NCBI GenBank assembly: GCA_964418775.1
Contig: CAYQNA010000002.1
Span: forward strand, 22,181-86,180
Reading direction: 5' to 3'
Length of the DNA: 64,000 nt
Source: an uncultured Gammaproteobacteria bacterium
Lineage (GTDB): Bacteria > Patescibacteriota > Patescibacteriia > Magasanikbacterales > UBA922
Part shown: piece after piece, positions 19,250 through 29,477 of the stretch
Layout: every line of letters starts with the position of its first letter
Position numbering within the stretch: position 1 is the first letter of the stretch
Translations under genes and position numbers: made by a program
The notes under the pieces: generated by a model
What the model saw: the letters and a program-made list of their open reading frames with translations, nothing else
Told to the model about the DNA's origin: nothing
Databases searched by the model: none

Positions 19250-20412
19250 ACAGTCAGTCGCTGATATATTTGAACTAATTTTTGTTGGAACAATTTACTA
19301 CTAAACCTAACCTGGGCTGCTGCGCAATTCTGCTGCAATTTTTGATACACACTTTCGGTTTGCATCGCTTGCAGCGCTTCAGCTAATTCCAACGGACTGC
19401 CGGGCGATACCAAAATTCCCGCATCGCCAACAACTTCGGGAATTGCACCCGAGTGTGTACTGATCACTGGACAATTATTCATGATCGCCTCGGTCAGCAC
19501 ATAGCCAAACTGTTCTTGCCAAACCGACGTTGGCACACTGCCCAAAATCAAAGCGCGGGCGTGTTTGTACATCTGTCTTACGGTTTGATTTGGTAAACGG
19601 TCGATCATCACCACACTATCATGCAACCCAAGTTCATTCATGAGACGCTGCCAATTGGCTTTTTCCGGGCCGTTGCCAATTACCAACAACAAAGCTTGGG
19701 GATTTGTACGCACAAAAGCCTGCCACGCATACAACACATCATAAATCCCCTTTTCCTTAACTAAACGGCAAACCATCATGTACACTGCACGGCCGCGAAT
19801 CACTTCGGTAGACAATCCAGCCAATTCACTCAGTGACTGGTCGCTTGCATCTGGCATAACCACACCAGGTGTGAGGATTTCAATCTTACTCTCGTCAACT
19901 CCATAACTTAAAAGCAAGGCGCGGGCACTCTCACTAACTGGCAAAAATAAATCCACTCCAGCTTTATTTTCCGCTATTAACTTGGCAATTTTCGTACGCC
20001 AGTATTTTGGCGAGACAGCTAAACCGGGCCAGTAATTATACTCGTAACGTCCAAAAGAATTGTCCCACACCGTAGTCACTACTTTTAAATTTGGGTTCAT
20101 TTTTTTCGCGCGCACCGCCTGATTGGTCATGAAGTACGAAATTTCCGCTGTGTGCGCAATCGAAAAATCAGTCAGTGCAGATTCCAAACCACTCATTTTT
20201 TGAACCACACCTTGCGTATAAAAAAGGCGTGCCGCATTGAGGCGCGAGTCACTACTGCATGGCAAATGCGTAATCGGATATCTCAAATTCGCAGTCGAAA
20301 ACGAATTGCGACCACTACAAAAACCAACGACCTTAACCCCAACTGGTAACCCCTCCCACAGTTTACCCTCCCATTCGTTCAGAGAAGCTCCTCTAACCAA
20401 AGCCACCTTCAT
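19246..20412 (-). CDS. Glycosyltransferase family 4
   Basis: C-terminal E-x7-E region QEQFGYVLTEAIMNNCPVISTHSGAIPEVV. Confidence 0.75.
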   Translation of the reverse strand: MKVALVRGASLNEWEGKLWEGLPVGVKVVGFCSGRNSFSTANLRYPITHLPCSSDSRLNAARLFYTQGVVQKMSGLESALTDFSIAHTAEISYFMTNQAVRAKKMNPNLKVVTTVWDNSFGRYEYNYWPGLAVSPKYWRTKIAKLIAENKAGVDLFLPVSESARALLLSYGVDESKIEILTPGVVMPDASDQSLSELAGLSTEVIRGRAVYMMVCRLVKEKGIYDVLYAWQAFVRTNPQALLLVIGNGPEKANWQRLMNELGLHDSVVMIDRLPNQTVRQMYKHARALILGSVPTSVWQEQFGYVLTEAIMNNCPVISTHSGAIPEVVGDAGILVSPGSPLELAEALQAMQTESVYQKLQQNCAAAQVRFSSKLFQQKLVQIYQRLTV

Positions 20413-20500
20413 AAAAATACCGTAATTTTAGCAAAAAAAATCGCTTTTCTCTAGCCACATCCTATCATAAACCAAAAAAATAATCAATCTGTCTTTACGA

Positions 20501-21484
20501 TTAAGCCCTTTGCTGGATTGCCTCCATTTGGGCTACAATTTTTTGTCCAAACCCAAAGCCTGTTTCCGGCTTCTGACCAGAACGCACACAGTCCACAAAA
20601 TGTTCCAGTTGGTTTTGGAGTGGTTCGCCCCCCTGTACCGACACCACTTCGGGCGGAATCGCCGCTAATTCCTTCATAAAATCAGACGAATGCTCCATGG
20701 TTGTGGTTGGGTATGGCCGATCGTACAGCTTTAGCTTATCAGTTGGCGCTGTGTCATTAAAAACGGCCACGCTCTTGTCCCCGACTACAATCATTTGGCG
20801 AGATTTTTCAGGCACAAACCACGAAGCAGTGACATGGGCACGTAAGCCATTTACATACTCGATAGTAGCCGTTGAAAAATCATCCACCCCTGGCGTGGCA
20901 ATAGAAAACGACTGATACGAACTTTTTTTAATTGCTCCGGGACTAAATAAATACTCGATCATTGACAATTCATGACCGGCGGCATCCGCAAAACTACCAA
21001 TATCCCGACGCAATGGTCCAAAATACCAGTTTTGTGCCAATACGTATGACACTTTACCTAGCCGGTCAGATTTAATTAATTCCTTTAGAGCACGGATATA
21101 ATCATTGTACACGTACTGAAACGCAACCATGACCGTGGATTGACCAATCCATGGCACCAATGTCGCGGCTTCGGCCAAATCCAAAACCATTGGCTTTTCG
21201 ACGAGTACATGCTTCCCAGCCTGCAGGGCTGATTTGATTAACGACACATGTGTGGAGGGTGGGGTAGCCACAATAAGGCAATCAATAGTAGGGTTATTGA
21301 TTACTTCAACTGCATCTACGGTTTGAATTGTTTGTGTCGATAAATACTGACGATTCAGCTCAAACATTTCTGTTGAACGGTTGGCTACAGCCACCAACTC
21401 GACTCCGGACATAGCCCCAAGCAAACGTGCATAGTGTTTACCAAAATGGCCAAAGCCTACCAAGCCAAATCGAAGTGCTTCCAT
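20501..21484 (-). CDS. Gfo/Idh/MocA-family NAD(P)-dependent oxidoreductase
   Basis: LRFGLVGFGHFGKHYARLL...VLVEKPM. Track start is TTG at 21511; ATG at 21482-21484. Confidence 0.75.
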   Translation of the reverse strand: MEALRFGLVGFGHFGKHYARLLGAMSGVELVAVANRSTEMFELNRQYLSTQTIQTVDAVEVINNPTIDCLIVATPPSTHVSLIKSALQAGKHVLVEKPMVLDLAEAATLVPWIGQSTVMVAFQYVYNDYIRALKELIKSDRLGKVSYVLAQNWYFGPLRRDIGSFADAAGHELSMIEYLFSPGAIKKSSYQSFSIATPGVDDFSTATIEYVNGLRAHVTASWFVPEKSRQMIVVGDKSVAVFNDTAPTDKLKLYDRPYPTTTMEHSSDFMKELAAIPPEVVSVQGGEPLQNQLEHFVDCVRSGQKPETGFGFGQKIVAQMEAIQQRA

Positions 21485-21486
21485 AC

Positions 21487-23778
21487 CTATTCCATCACAC
21501 TTTTCATCCAACGATACGAGCGGCGCAAGCCAGTCTTAACATCAATTTGTGGTGTATAGGCTAATCGAGTTTTTATTTTTGTCAAATCTGGGCAGCGGCG
21601 ATTTGGTTCATCCTGAGGATAGTTATCAGGATACTGCACCAAATTTACCTCAACTGGACGGTCCAAAACTTCACGCGCCACCATGTCGCCCAAGGTCTTC
21701 ATGTTAATCTCATCATTGTCATTGCCAACGTTGAAGATTTCGCCATTTTGTTCGGACAATAGAACTTTGAAAAAACCCGTCATGGCATCGGTCACATAGC
21801 AGAATGTTCGCGTCTGATTACCCTTGTCATGAACAGTCAACGGCTTACCTTCGATACCCTGACTCAAAAAAGTCGGCACAACCCGGTAATCCTTGGCGCT
21901 CATACCCGGACCATACACATTAAACGGACGCACCGCTTTAACCGGTACATTATGAACTTGGAAATAGGCCATGGCCAATGTCTCACCCAGACGTTTAGAT
22001 TCGTCGTAGCATGAACGCGGCCCAATTGACGACACATTTCCTTTGTATGTTTCTGGTGTTGGAACGGCGTGAGGCGCCGGGTCACCATAAATTTCACTCG
22101 AACTAAAGAACAAAATACTTTTAACATTTTTGTCACGGGCCAACTCAAGGGCATTTTTGAGTCCAAAAATAGTCCCCTCAATTGTCTCAATTGGATACTT
22201 TTTATAATACACTGGCGAAGCCACCCCTGCGGCCGAGATAATATAGTCTAGCGGCTCATTAATCGTAATTGGGTTGCAAACATTGTGCTCGATAAAGGTA
22301 ACATGATCGCTAAAGATTTCTTTAAGCAGATTCTCCTTCTTGCCAACAATATGATTGTCGGCGGAAATTACCTTACATGGTGCGGACAAATATTTGCGAT
22401 TCAACAGGTCAATCGTAGCAATAAAATAACTGCCCAAAAAACCAGAACCACCTGTAATAAACACGGTTTTACCAGCTAATTGAGCAGCACTGTCCTTAAT
22501 ACCCTCAGCAATTATTTCTAAATCTTCCTCGACAATGCTGTTAACTACTTGAGCAAACGGCACTGGCACAATAAATCGCGCAAATGGTGCACAGCGCTTC
22601 ATAATTGACTCGGCAAAGTTCCAAGCCAAAATCAAAATAAAGTCCGGAGGCACTTCTTGTAAGTGCTGTGAGGACATAACCGGAATGTGCGTGCCTGGCG
22701 CGTACAGGCCCTGTTTAAGAGGGCTGTCATCGACAATATAATCAACTGTTTCAGTACCAATCTCAAAATAATTAAGTAGTGTATTGCCCTTTGCTGGAGC
22801 ACCATAGGCAACAATACGCTTACCCTGAGATTTAAGGTCTTGAAGCAAGGCTTTAAGACGAAGCTTGTTTTCACTAATCTTAGCTTCAAACGCCAGCAAG
22901 GTGTCGATGGCGTGAATTTTCTTCACTTCTTCGTTGGCGATGAATTCGGCCACAGCTGGCGAAACCGCGTGGCGGCCACCTACTTTTTGCACAAACACCC
23001 GAATTGAACCGCCATGGGTATCGGTTTTTTCCACATCAAACACCTGCATACCCAAACGGGCAAACAATGTGCTGATTGTCTTAACCGTAAAGTAGGACAA
23101 GTGTTCGTGATAAATAGTGTCAAACAAATTTTTCTCAATCAAGTCAACCAGGTAGTACGCCTCGATCACAAACACGCCATCGTCGGCCAATAATGCCTTA
23201 ACCCCAGCAACAATATTGTCAAGGTCGTCAATGTGTGGAAAAACACTGGTCGCAGTCATTAGTGTTGCCTGGCCTTTGTCACGTTTAATTTCCTCGGCAA
23301 CTTCAGGACCAAAATAAGCTGGTTTAGTTTCAATTCCGCTGGCAGTGGCCATGGCGGCAATATTTGCAGCCGGGTCTACGCCCATCACACGAATGCCGTT
23401 TTCTTGGTACGGACGCAACAAAATCCCATCGTTACTACCAATATCAACCACCAAGGAATTAGCATTCAAACCGAAACGAGTGGTCATTTGTGCGGCAAAT
23501 TCCTGAAAATGGGCCACAAACACTGGCGAAGTTGACGAAACATACACATAGTTGGCAAACAACAAATCCGGCGACACCACGTGCGCCAACTGCACAAACG
23601 AACAATCTTCACAGAAAACTAATTCAAGTGGAAACCAAGGCTCAGGCTGGTCTAGCTGTTCTTTTTTCAAAAAAGAGTTAGCTGGTGGAGTTTTTCCCAA
23701 TGACAAAACTTTTTTTAAACGTGCGCTTTTGCAAACACGACAATTAGTACTTTCTGTAACCAAATTTTCAGACTGCAT
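21487..23778 (-). CDS. Bifunctional fusion: zinc-ribbon/C-methyltransferase-like SAM MTase (N-terminal) plus NAD-dependent sugar epimerase/dehydratase, UXS/ArnA-like (C-terminal)
   Basis: N-terminus CRVCKS...FCEDCSFVQL with MTase core (TylCIII/NovU-like C-methyltransferase architecture); C-terminus KTVFITGGSGFLGSYF...YGDP...YDESKR. Confidence 0.65.
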   Translation of the reverse strand: MQSENLVTESTNCRVCKSARLKKVLSLGKTPPANSFLKKEQLDQPEPWFPLELVFCEDCSFVQLAHVVSPDLLFANYVYVSSTSPVFVAHFQEFAAQMTTRFGLNANSLVVDIGSNDGILLRPYQENGIRVMGVDPAANIAAMATASGIETKPAYFGPEVAEEIKRDKGQATLMTATSVFPHIDDLDNIVAGVKALLADDGVFVIEAYYLVDLIEKNLFDTIYHEHLSYFTVKTISTLFARLGMQVFDVEKTDTHGGSIRVFVQKVGGRHAVSPAVAEFIANEEVKKIHAIDTLLAFEAKISENKLRLKALLQDLKSQGKRIVAYGAPAKGNTLLNYFEIGTETVDYIVDDSPLKQGLYAPGTHIPVMSSQHLQEVPPDFILILAWNFAESIMKRCAPFARFIVPVPFAQVVNSIVEEDLEIIAEGIKDSAAQLAGKTVFITGGSGFLGSYFIATIDLLNRKYLSAPCKVISADNHIVGKKENLLKEIFSDHVTFIEHNVCNPITINEPLDYIISAAGVASPVYYKKYPIETIEGTIFGLKNALELARDKNVKSILFFSSSEIYGDPAPHAVPTPETYKGNVSSIGPRSCYDESKRLGETLAMAYFQVHNVPVKAVRPFNVYGPGMSAKDYRVVPTFLSQGIEGKPLTVHDKGNQTRTFCYVTDAMTGFFKVLLSEQNGEIFNVGNDNDEINMKTLGDMVAREVLDRPVEVNLVQYPDNYPQDEPNRRCPDLTKIKTRLAYTPQIDVKTGLRRSYRWMKSVME

Positions 23779-23780
23779 AT

Positions 23781-24176
23781 CTAGACCAACTTAACACGGA
23801 CCGTGTCCTGTTCGTAATTTTCTTGGCTACGAGATTTAAGCGCCAACACTACCCAGGTTGTGTCCTCGATAAAACGCATGGCGTGAGCTACCATTGGAGG
23901 AGAAAAAACCAAATCGCCCGCAACTAACTCGACACGAGTTTCACGCGACAAGTCAGGCTGACCATCCACAAGTGGTGCCTCCACATATTCCATCTTACCC
24001 GAAACCATGTACACATGATGTCCGTCTTCTTTGTGGTAATGATTAGCTCTCACGCTGCCGGCTTTAGAGGTAATCATGAGCACACTTTTAATTATCGTCT
24101 CACCATCATCAAGAATTTTGGTAATACTACCGCGTTCATCAGTAAATTCAGGCGTAATGTTTCGAGTGATCTGCAT
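23781..24176 (-). CDS. Cupin, WxcM/FdtA-like sugar 3,4-ketoisomerase family
   Basis: 131-aa cupin with RANHYHK...HHVYMVSG motif region. Confidence 0.55.
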   Translation of the reverse strand: MQITRNITPEFTDERGSITKILDDGETIIKSVLMITSKAGSVRANHYHKEDGHHVYMVSGKMEYVEAPLVDGQPDLSRETRVELVAGDLVFSPPMVAHAMRFIEDTTWVVLALKSRSQENYEQDTVRVKLV

Positions 24177-24210
24177 ACTATTTAATAATTTAGGACTTTA
24201 AATCTCTGGT

Positions 24211-24239
24211 ATTATGGTATAGAGAACGCAAAAAGTCAA
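24211..24239 (-). promoter_or_regulatory. Candidate sigma70 promoter (TTGACT-17-CATAAT) for the cupin/C-MT/oxidoreductase sub-operon
   Basis: Minus-strand reading gtaTTGACTttttgcgttctctatacCATAAT in the 70-nt gap 24177-24246. Confidence 0.35.
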
Positions 24240-24246
24240 TACGACT

Positions 24247-25068
24247 TTATGCTCTATATTTTCGCTTAATCTGGCCTATTTTCAAGCACAAATACACATA
24301 GTAAACATACTGCTGAGCGCCCACTTGCCAGCCATAAGGGGAACGCCAGAGATCATTTTTAAGCTGACCCAAGAATGTCTTAATCGGTAACCATATAAGG
24401 TTCAGCCACCAATAGCTGCGAATACGGGCTGCTTTTGCTAGCCACTTTTCTGGTGAAGTATTAAAGGTGTCAATTTCATTCGAGGCCCTAAAAAAAGCGG
24501 CGGCGTGCAAAGGAGCCCAGCGTTTCATTTTGTGCAAAAATGAACTCCAGGCCAGATTATTGTACGCTGGCCGATGATGCAAAGTCACGTCCGTTCTTCG
24601 CACCTCACCCTTAACTACTTGTACTGGCTCATGAAGGACACCAACATACGCAATTGAGTCACGACGAAACAAAGCAAGCTTCTCTAGCCCAGTAAACGTA
24701 ATTACTTTTTTACCATCCCACATTTCCCAAAGCAGTACATAGCCACCAACAGCTGGCTCAGTAATCAATTGTTGAATCTTCTGCGCTCCAGGCTCGTCAA
24801 TAAATTCGTCTGCATCAATCATTAAAATCCACTCACTTGTGGCTTCGCGAAAAATGAAGGCCCGGTGATACTCGCAGGCTCCGCCGTGCGGCCTAACAAT
24901 TACTCGACTCGTGTAGCGTTGAGCAATTTCCAGCGTCCTGTCGTTACACGGACCATCGTGAACAACAATAATTTCATCAACCCACTCTACAAGGCTTTTT
25001 AAGCACTGTTCTATGACTTTTTCTTCATTAAAAACAACTAAACAGGCAGAAATAGTAGGTGATTTCAT
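24247..25068 (-). CDS. Glycosyltransferase family 2
   Basis: ISACLVVFNEEKVIEQCL...IIVVHDGPCNDRT. Confidence 0.75.
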   Translation of the reverse strand: MKSPTISACLVVFNEEKVIEQCLKSLVEWVDEIIVVHDGPCNDRTLEIAQRYTSRVIVRPHGGACEYHRAFIFREATSEWILMIDADEFIDEPGAQKIQQLITEPAVGGYVLLWEMWDGKKVITFTGLEKLALFRRDSIAYVGVLHEPVQVVKGEVRRTDVTLHHRPAYNNLAWSSFLHKMKRWAPLHAAAFFRASNEIDTFNTSPEKWLAKAARIRSYWWLNLIWLPIKTFLGQLKNDLWRSPYGWQVGAQQYVYYVYLCLKIGQIKRKYRA

Positions 25069-26627
25069 AACAGCAACATATACACTCTAAAACTTTTTGA
25101 CGCGCCTGGCGCAACCTCAACCGCACCCGGGATATTGACTTCTTCATCACAACCAACAAAATAATACGCCACTCGCTGAGCGCGAAGCGCAGCCAAAACA
25201 CCTTCTGGGTTTGCTTGCGGGTCAACCATACCATAATACTGATTGCCCGTATAATACGCTACCGATAAAACTGCCTGATTAATTGATGGGCAATAATTAC
25301 TCGCAAACGCACCTTGTACACCAACCTTTTTTAATTCCTCCGCAGCTAAATACACGTCACGGCCTGTGTAGCGACTTTCCCACGCTAATTTAGACGGTGC
25401 AGCCACAAACGAACCAAGCACAACGACCATTAAACACCATTCAGCCCAGCGCTTAAACAAGCCGGCACGTTGTAGCAAAACCAACACAACACCAGCCATT
25501 AGCAATGTCAACAACCAATTAAACCACAGGTACCGCTGCTCAACAAAAAGCAATGCATACCCCGCATTATAAATACTGAGCGCAGCAAAAATCACGACCA
25601 CACTCTGACCCTGGCGAGCACTTGCAAATCGACTAAATGGTGCCAAAATATAGAGTAATAAAATCGCAAATGCAAAAATCGAAAACCGTCTGTAAATTAA
25701 GAATGAGCTATAAATACTCTGTTTGATTAGGCCCAGTTGATGTAGTGCATGCGCCCGCGAAGCAAACGGACTCCATGCTGGCAACGATAGCCCGCTTGGG
25801 TCTTCCCATACACTCACGGCACTTTGGTCAGCGGGGGCAATTAAACGGTGATAAAAAACATGCCCGGTGGCTAGGCCTGGTGACTGCGGACCAACCAAGG
25901 CCTGATTATAAGCGCCCGATGTTCCCAGTGTAAAAAAATCATACTTTATATACAGCACACCGCTCCACACGGCAATTCCCATAGCCATGATCCCCAAACT
26001 CATTGCAGCAGCGATTAGCACCGGCTTTTTAACTGGTTCTCGGTACAAAGAAAGCCCCATTATCACTGCGCCATGAACCAACAAAAAAGGCAGAGAAAAA
26101 CTTTTAGCCAAACAGGCCACAACCATTGTCAAACCTAAATAAACAGCGTACACCCTTTTTTTTGTGGCCAAAAAACGCAAAGCAAAATACAAGTAATACA
26201 GCAAAGGCACAAGTACCAACAAGTCGGGGCCTGGTTCGGCGACGGCAAAATAAAGAGCTAACAAAGCCGCAGCTGCCACGGTTAAGGTATGTATATATCC
26301 CCTGACCTCGAGCTCAAAAGCCAGTCGACGCACTGCATCGATCACAAACAAACCAACGACCAAAGAAACGATTTTGCTTGCCAACACTGCGTTTTCAATA
26401 AGCAACAACACTGGCGCCAGAAGCCACGAAAATAAGGGCGGCCAATACGCATTAATTGCCCGGTACCAATCCCCTTGCATATACCGCTCGGCAATCGCAA
26501 TGTACGAAATCCCGTCTGTCTGCAAATGATATGTGTAAGCCGGGATTAACCAGGCTCCCAAAATTAAGTAGACAACGCCAATACTCAACCACGGATGAGA
26601 CTTGAGTTTAGCGAAGAGATGCTTCAT
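25065..26627 (-). CDS. Multi-pass membrane protein, putative GT-C-fold glycosyltransferase (PMT_2/ArnT-like)
   Basis: About 12 TM helices; N-terminal periplasmic-loop motif TDGISYIAIAERY; C-terminal soluble domain. Confidence 0.45.
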   Translation of the reverse strand: MKHLFAKLKSHPWLSIGVVYLILGAWLIPAYTYHLQTDGISYIAIAERYMQGDWYRAINAYWPPLFSWLLAPVLLLIENAVLASKIVSLVVGLFVIDAVRRLAFELEVRGYIHTLTVAAAALLALYFAVAEPGPDLLVLVPLLYYLYFALRFLATKKRVYAVYLGLTMVVACLAKSFSLPFLLVHGAVIMGLSLYREPVKKPVLIAAAMSLGIMAMGIAVWSGVLYIKYDFFTLGTSGAYNQALVGPQSPGLATGHVFYHRLIAPADQSAVSVWEDPSGLSLPAWSPFASRAHALHQLGLIKQSIYSSFLIYRRFSIFAFAILLLYILAPFSRFASARQGQSVVVIFAALSIYNAGYALLFVEQRYLWFNWLLTLLMAGVVLVLLQRAGLFKRWAEWCLMVVVLGSFVAAPSKLAWESRYTGRDVYLAAEELKKVGVQGAFASNYCPSINQAVLSVAYYTGNQYYGMVDPQANPEGVLAALRAQRVAYYFVGCDEEVNIPGAVEVAPGASKSFRVYMLLL

Positions 26628-26631
26628 ACAA

Positions 26632-27558
26632 TTATTTAAGGCGTTTAATTGTCTGCACCATATATGGTGGGCGCTCTTTTACTTCCAGTAGTATAATCGC
26701 CAAATACTTACCAATCAAGCCAAGCACAAAGAAAACACCCGAAAAACTTACGGACAAAAATAGCATCAGCGTTGTCCAGCCACTAATGACTGACTGGAAC
26801 GTGAGCCAAACAACGGCCGCATATACGCCGATGAGTAATGAGATTCCCAAAAAAACCAAAGACACAATGATTGATAGATTTGGCCCAAGATTAGAAAAAG
26901 TCAGTAAAATCTCTACGGCGAGTGAAATTTTTTCAGCCAAGCTATGTGACGCTAAACGGGGCTGAGTGGCTGCATAGCTAATCGTAGCGTATGGATATCC
27001 AGCGTACCGGTATAACACTTTACCATAACGAATTTTTTCTTTTGAACGTGATACCGAATTATACAAACGTCTGGTAATGACACGGAATGACTCGGTTTTC
27101 AAATCCAAACTCAATGGCGAAAAACGCTTAAACATGGCGTAAAACCAACGAGAAGCGCGTTGGGACTGCGTTGGTGTAGCACTAACCATATCATAGCCAG
27201 ACACCAATTGTTTGTAGGCCTGGTGAATTACTTCGAGCGGATAATCAATCACCGGGCTCTCGAACTCAAAAATAAAATCACCGACAGCCAAGTCTGCGCC
27301 AGCTAGTAGCCCCAGGCCTTCACGGTGATGCCAGGACATCGAAATTAAAGTTACAGGCCCCTGCAGTTCTGGGGCAATTGCGGCGACTTCGGCCGCAGTA
27401 GCATCGCGACTAGCGTCATCAACGACAATAATTTCGTACGACTCAAACGTACCCGCAAAAACCCGATCAATCTTGAGTAAAGAGTCGGCCACAACCTGCG
27501 CTGCATTATGCGCATAGACCACCACCGAAATGTACGCTTTTTCTTTAAGAGTTTGCAT
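26632..27558 (-). CDS. GT2 with C-terminal double TM (GtrB/DPM-like polyprenol-phosphate glycosyltransferase)
   Basis: ISVVVYAHNAAQ...IIVVDDASRDAT plus two C-terminal TM helices. Confidence 0.7.
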   Translation of the reverse strand: MQTLKEKAYISVVVYAHNAAQVVADSLLKIDRVFAGTFESYEIIVVDDASRDATAAEVAAIAPELQGPVTLISMSWHHREGLGLLAGADLAVGDFIFEFESPVIDYPLEVIHQAYKQLVSGYDMVSATPTQSQRASRWFYAMFKRFSPLSLDLKTESFRVITRRLYNSVSRSKEKIRYGKVLYRYAGYPYATISYAATQPRLASHSLAEKISLAVEILLTFSNLGPNLSIIVSLVFLGISLLIGVYAAVVWLTFQSVISGWTTLMLFLSVSFSGVFFVLGLIGKYLAIILLEVKERPPYMVQTIKRLK

Positions 27559-27561
27559 AGG

Positions 27562-28686
27562 CTAGGGTAAAAATTCATCCAGGTCGTAAATCGTATTAAT
27601 TTTACCTGATAAGACCGAAATAAAAGTTGGTTTGTCCGAAAACACCTTAACCACGGTTGGACGCGAATCATCAGCTTCGGATGCAGCTAAAATTGGTTTA
27701 ACCGCAAATAAAGAACTTTTGTATTCTAACGTAATATCTGGATGCAAGTATGTTTTAGCCATTTGACGCATATGGTTCCAAGCCGTCTGCGGCCGTGCCG
27801 GACAATGATTACAATTATCCAGTTGTTCCGGTGTGCAATTTGGATTAAACTTTTGACAAGCAAACACAGGCAAGGATTCATGCGAAGTGCTGTGCGGCGT
27901 ATGCATGACCGAAGTTAGTGTATGATCCCCACTTTGACCAAATGGCATTAGGGAGAAAAAAGGGCCATCCATTACAGTTAAACCGACCTGGCGAATTTTT
28001 TCCGACACCGTACAGGTAATCACTTCGGCAATTTCATACTTGATGTTAAACATCCCAAACCCAAATTTAGTAATTACCTGGTTCACACTGGCATACGTAG
28101 CATTTAGCACAAAAGGGGCACTATACATGGCCCCTGACTCATCGGCAATGCAGTAATTATCTCCCACCGCCTCTGCGCTTGCCAGTCTAAAGTTATAGAC
28201 AATATCAAGCCGATCAGTGACTGCTGCCAACAAAAAATTTTTAATTTTATCCGCATCAAACCCATATTCAACAGTCTCAAATGCACTATCGACTAATGTT
28301 GTTTCAAAAAAATCTCCCGCGCTGATAAGACGACAAGGCACTTGAGCACGCTCACAGAATTTAACAAATTGTTCGGCAGTGGTAAGCGAATGTCGCGCAG
28401 ACACAGCGTAAATTTGCTGAAATTCATTATTAATCGCAAATCCAAAATCAGCCACAAAACGATTAAAATAATGAATGGATTTAATCGCTGTTGCAAAGCT
28501 ACGGGGGTAGTGATATCCGTTGTGCACTCGTGCCTGATTAATGTAGCTGGACCGTTGAAATGGCTTTTGGTCATATTCCAAAATCGCCACTCGGGCCTGG
28601 GGGTGACGCTTTAGAAGGGTTTTGGCCGCATATAGTCCATATATACCAGCCCCAATAATTAGGTAGTCGTATGCCCGCGTAGCCAT
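27562..28686 (-). CDS. FAD-dependent oxidoreductase (UDP-galactopyranose-mutase/amine-oxidase-like fold; function uncertain)
   Basis: YDYLIIGAGIYGLYAAKTL dinucleotide-binding motif. Track start is GTG at 28707; ATG (MATRAY) at 28684-28686. Confidence 0.5.
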   Translation of the reverse strand: MATRAYDYLIIGAGIYGLYAAKTLLKRHPQARVAILEYDQKPFQRSSYINQARVHNGYHYPRSFATAIKSIHYFNRFVADFGFAINNEFQQIYAVSARHSLTTAEQFVKFCERAQVPCRLISAGDFFETTLVDSAFETVEYGFDADKIKNFLLAAVTDRLDIVYNFRLASAEAVGDNYCIADESGAMYSAPFVLNATYASVNQVITKFGFGMFNIKYEIAEVITCTVSEKIRQVGLTVMDGPFFSLMPFGQSGDHTLTSVMHTPHSTSHESLPVFACQKFNPNCTPEQLDNCNHCPARPQTAWNHMRQMAKTYLHPDITLEYKSSLFAVKPILAASEADDSRPTVVKVFSDKPTFISVLSGKINTIYDLDEFLP

Positions 28687-28687
28687 A

Positions 28688-29476
28688 TCAAGGGTTATAA
28701 ACACCACGGGACAACCTTACCAGAATCTTTAAAATTTTCCAATTTCCCGAGAAAAATTTAATTTTAGTTGGGGTCTTGCCGACCGGTGGGTAAGCCCGAC
28801 ACACAGGCACTTCGGTGGTTCGGAAACCAAGTCGAGGCGCAGCCACAGACAAATAAAACAACAGCTCATATGTTTCAAATACAGACCGGAATGGACGAAC
28901 CCGCGCGTCAAGTAAAAAACGCCGTGAATAGGCTCTGAAACCGTTGGTCGTGTCAGTGTAATGAAACCCAGCCAAGTGTGAAATAAATGGCGCATGCACC
29001 AGACGAATTGCGTATTTGCGATATGGCGGTGTGTTTATTTCCTGACCTCCAGGAATAAATCGCGACCCTTGCACCAAATCAAAACCAGCTTCAAGTGCTT
29101 GCATAAAAGCACCAAAAGCAGCTGGGTCATCTTTATCATTGCCATCAATCGTAATAATACCTTCGTACCCTTCGCTCACAGCAAACGCATAACCCATGCG
29201 CAGTTGCGCACTAAGTTTACCAGGACCTGTCTTAGTTAACAGTGTACGAACCCCGCTATTTTTCAATAACTCAGCTGAGAGCGAACCATCAGTACTGCCA
29301 CCATCGCAGATAATAATGTCGCACTGTTCAGCCCATGGCTTCATCTTGACCAACTGACGCTGAATACGTTCACCCTCATTAATTACCGGCACACACACGC
29401 AATACCGGTTACGACGCGGGGCAAAAGTCTGGACCGTAAAAGTAGGAACCTCCCAATCAGACGGAAAAACGGGCAT
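28688..29476 (-). CDS. Glycosyltransferase family 2
   Basis: CVCVPVINEGERI...IIICDGGSTDGS...ITIDGNDKDDP. Track start is TTG at 29506; ATG at 29474-29476, 1 nt after the upstream stop. Confidence 0.7.
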   Translation of the reverse strand: MPVFPSDWEVPTFTVQTFAPRRNRYCVCVPVINEGERIQRQLVKMKPWAEQCDIIICDGGSTDGSLSAELLKNSGVRTLLTKTGPGKLSAQLRMGYAFAVSEGYEGIITIDGNDKDDPAAFGAFMQALEAGFDLVQGSRFIPGGQEINTPPYRKYAIRLVHAPFISHLAGFHYTDTTNGFRAYSRRFLLDARVRPFRSVFETYELLFYLSVAAPRLGFRTTEVPVCRAYPPVGKTPTKIKFFSGNWKILKILVRLSRGVYNP

Positions 29477-29477
29477 A

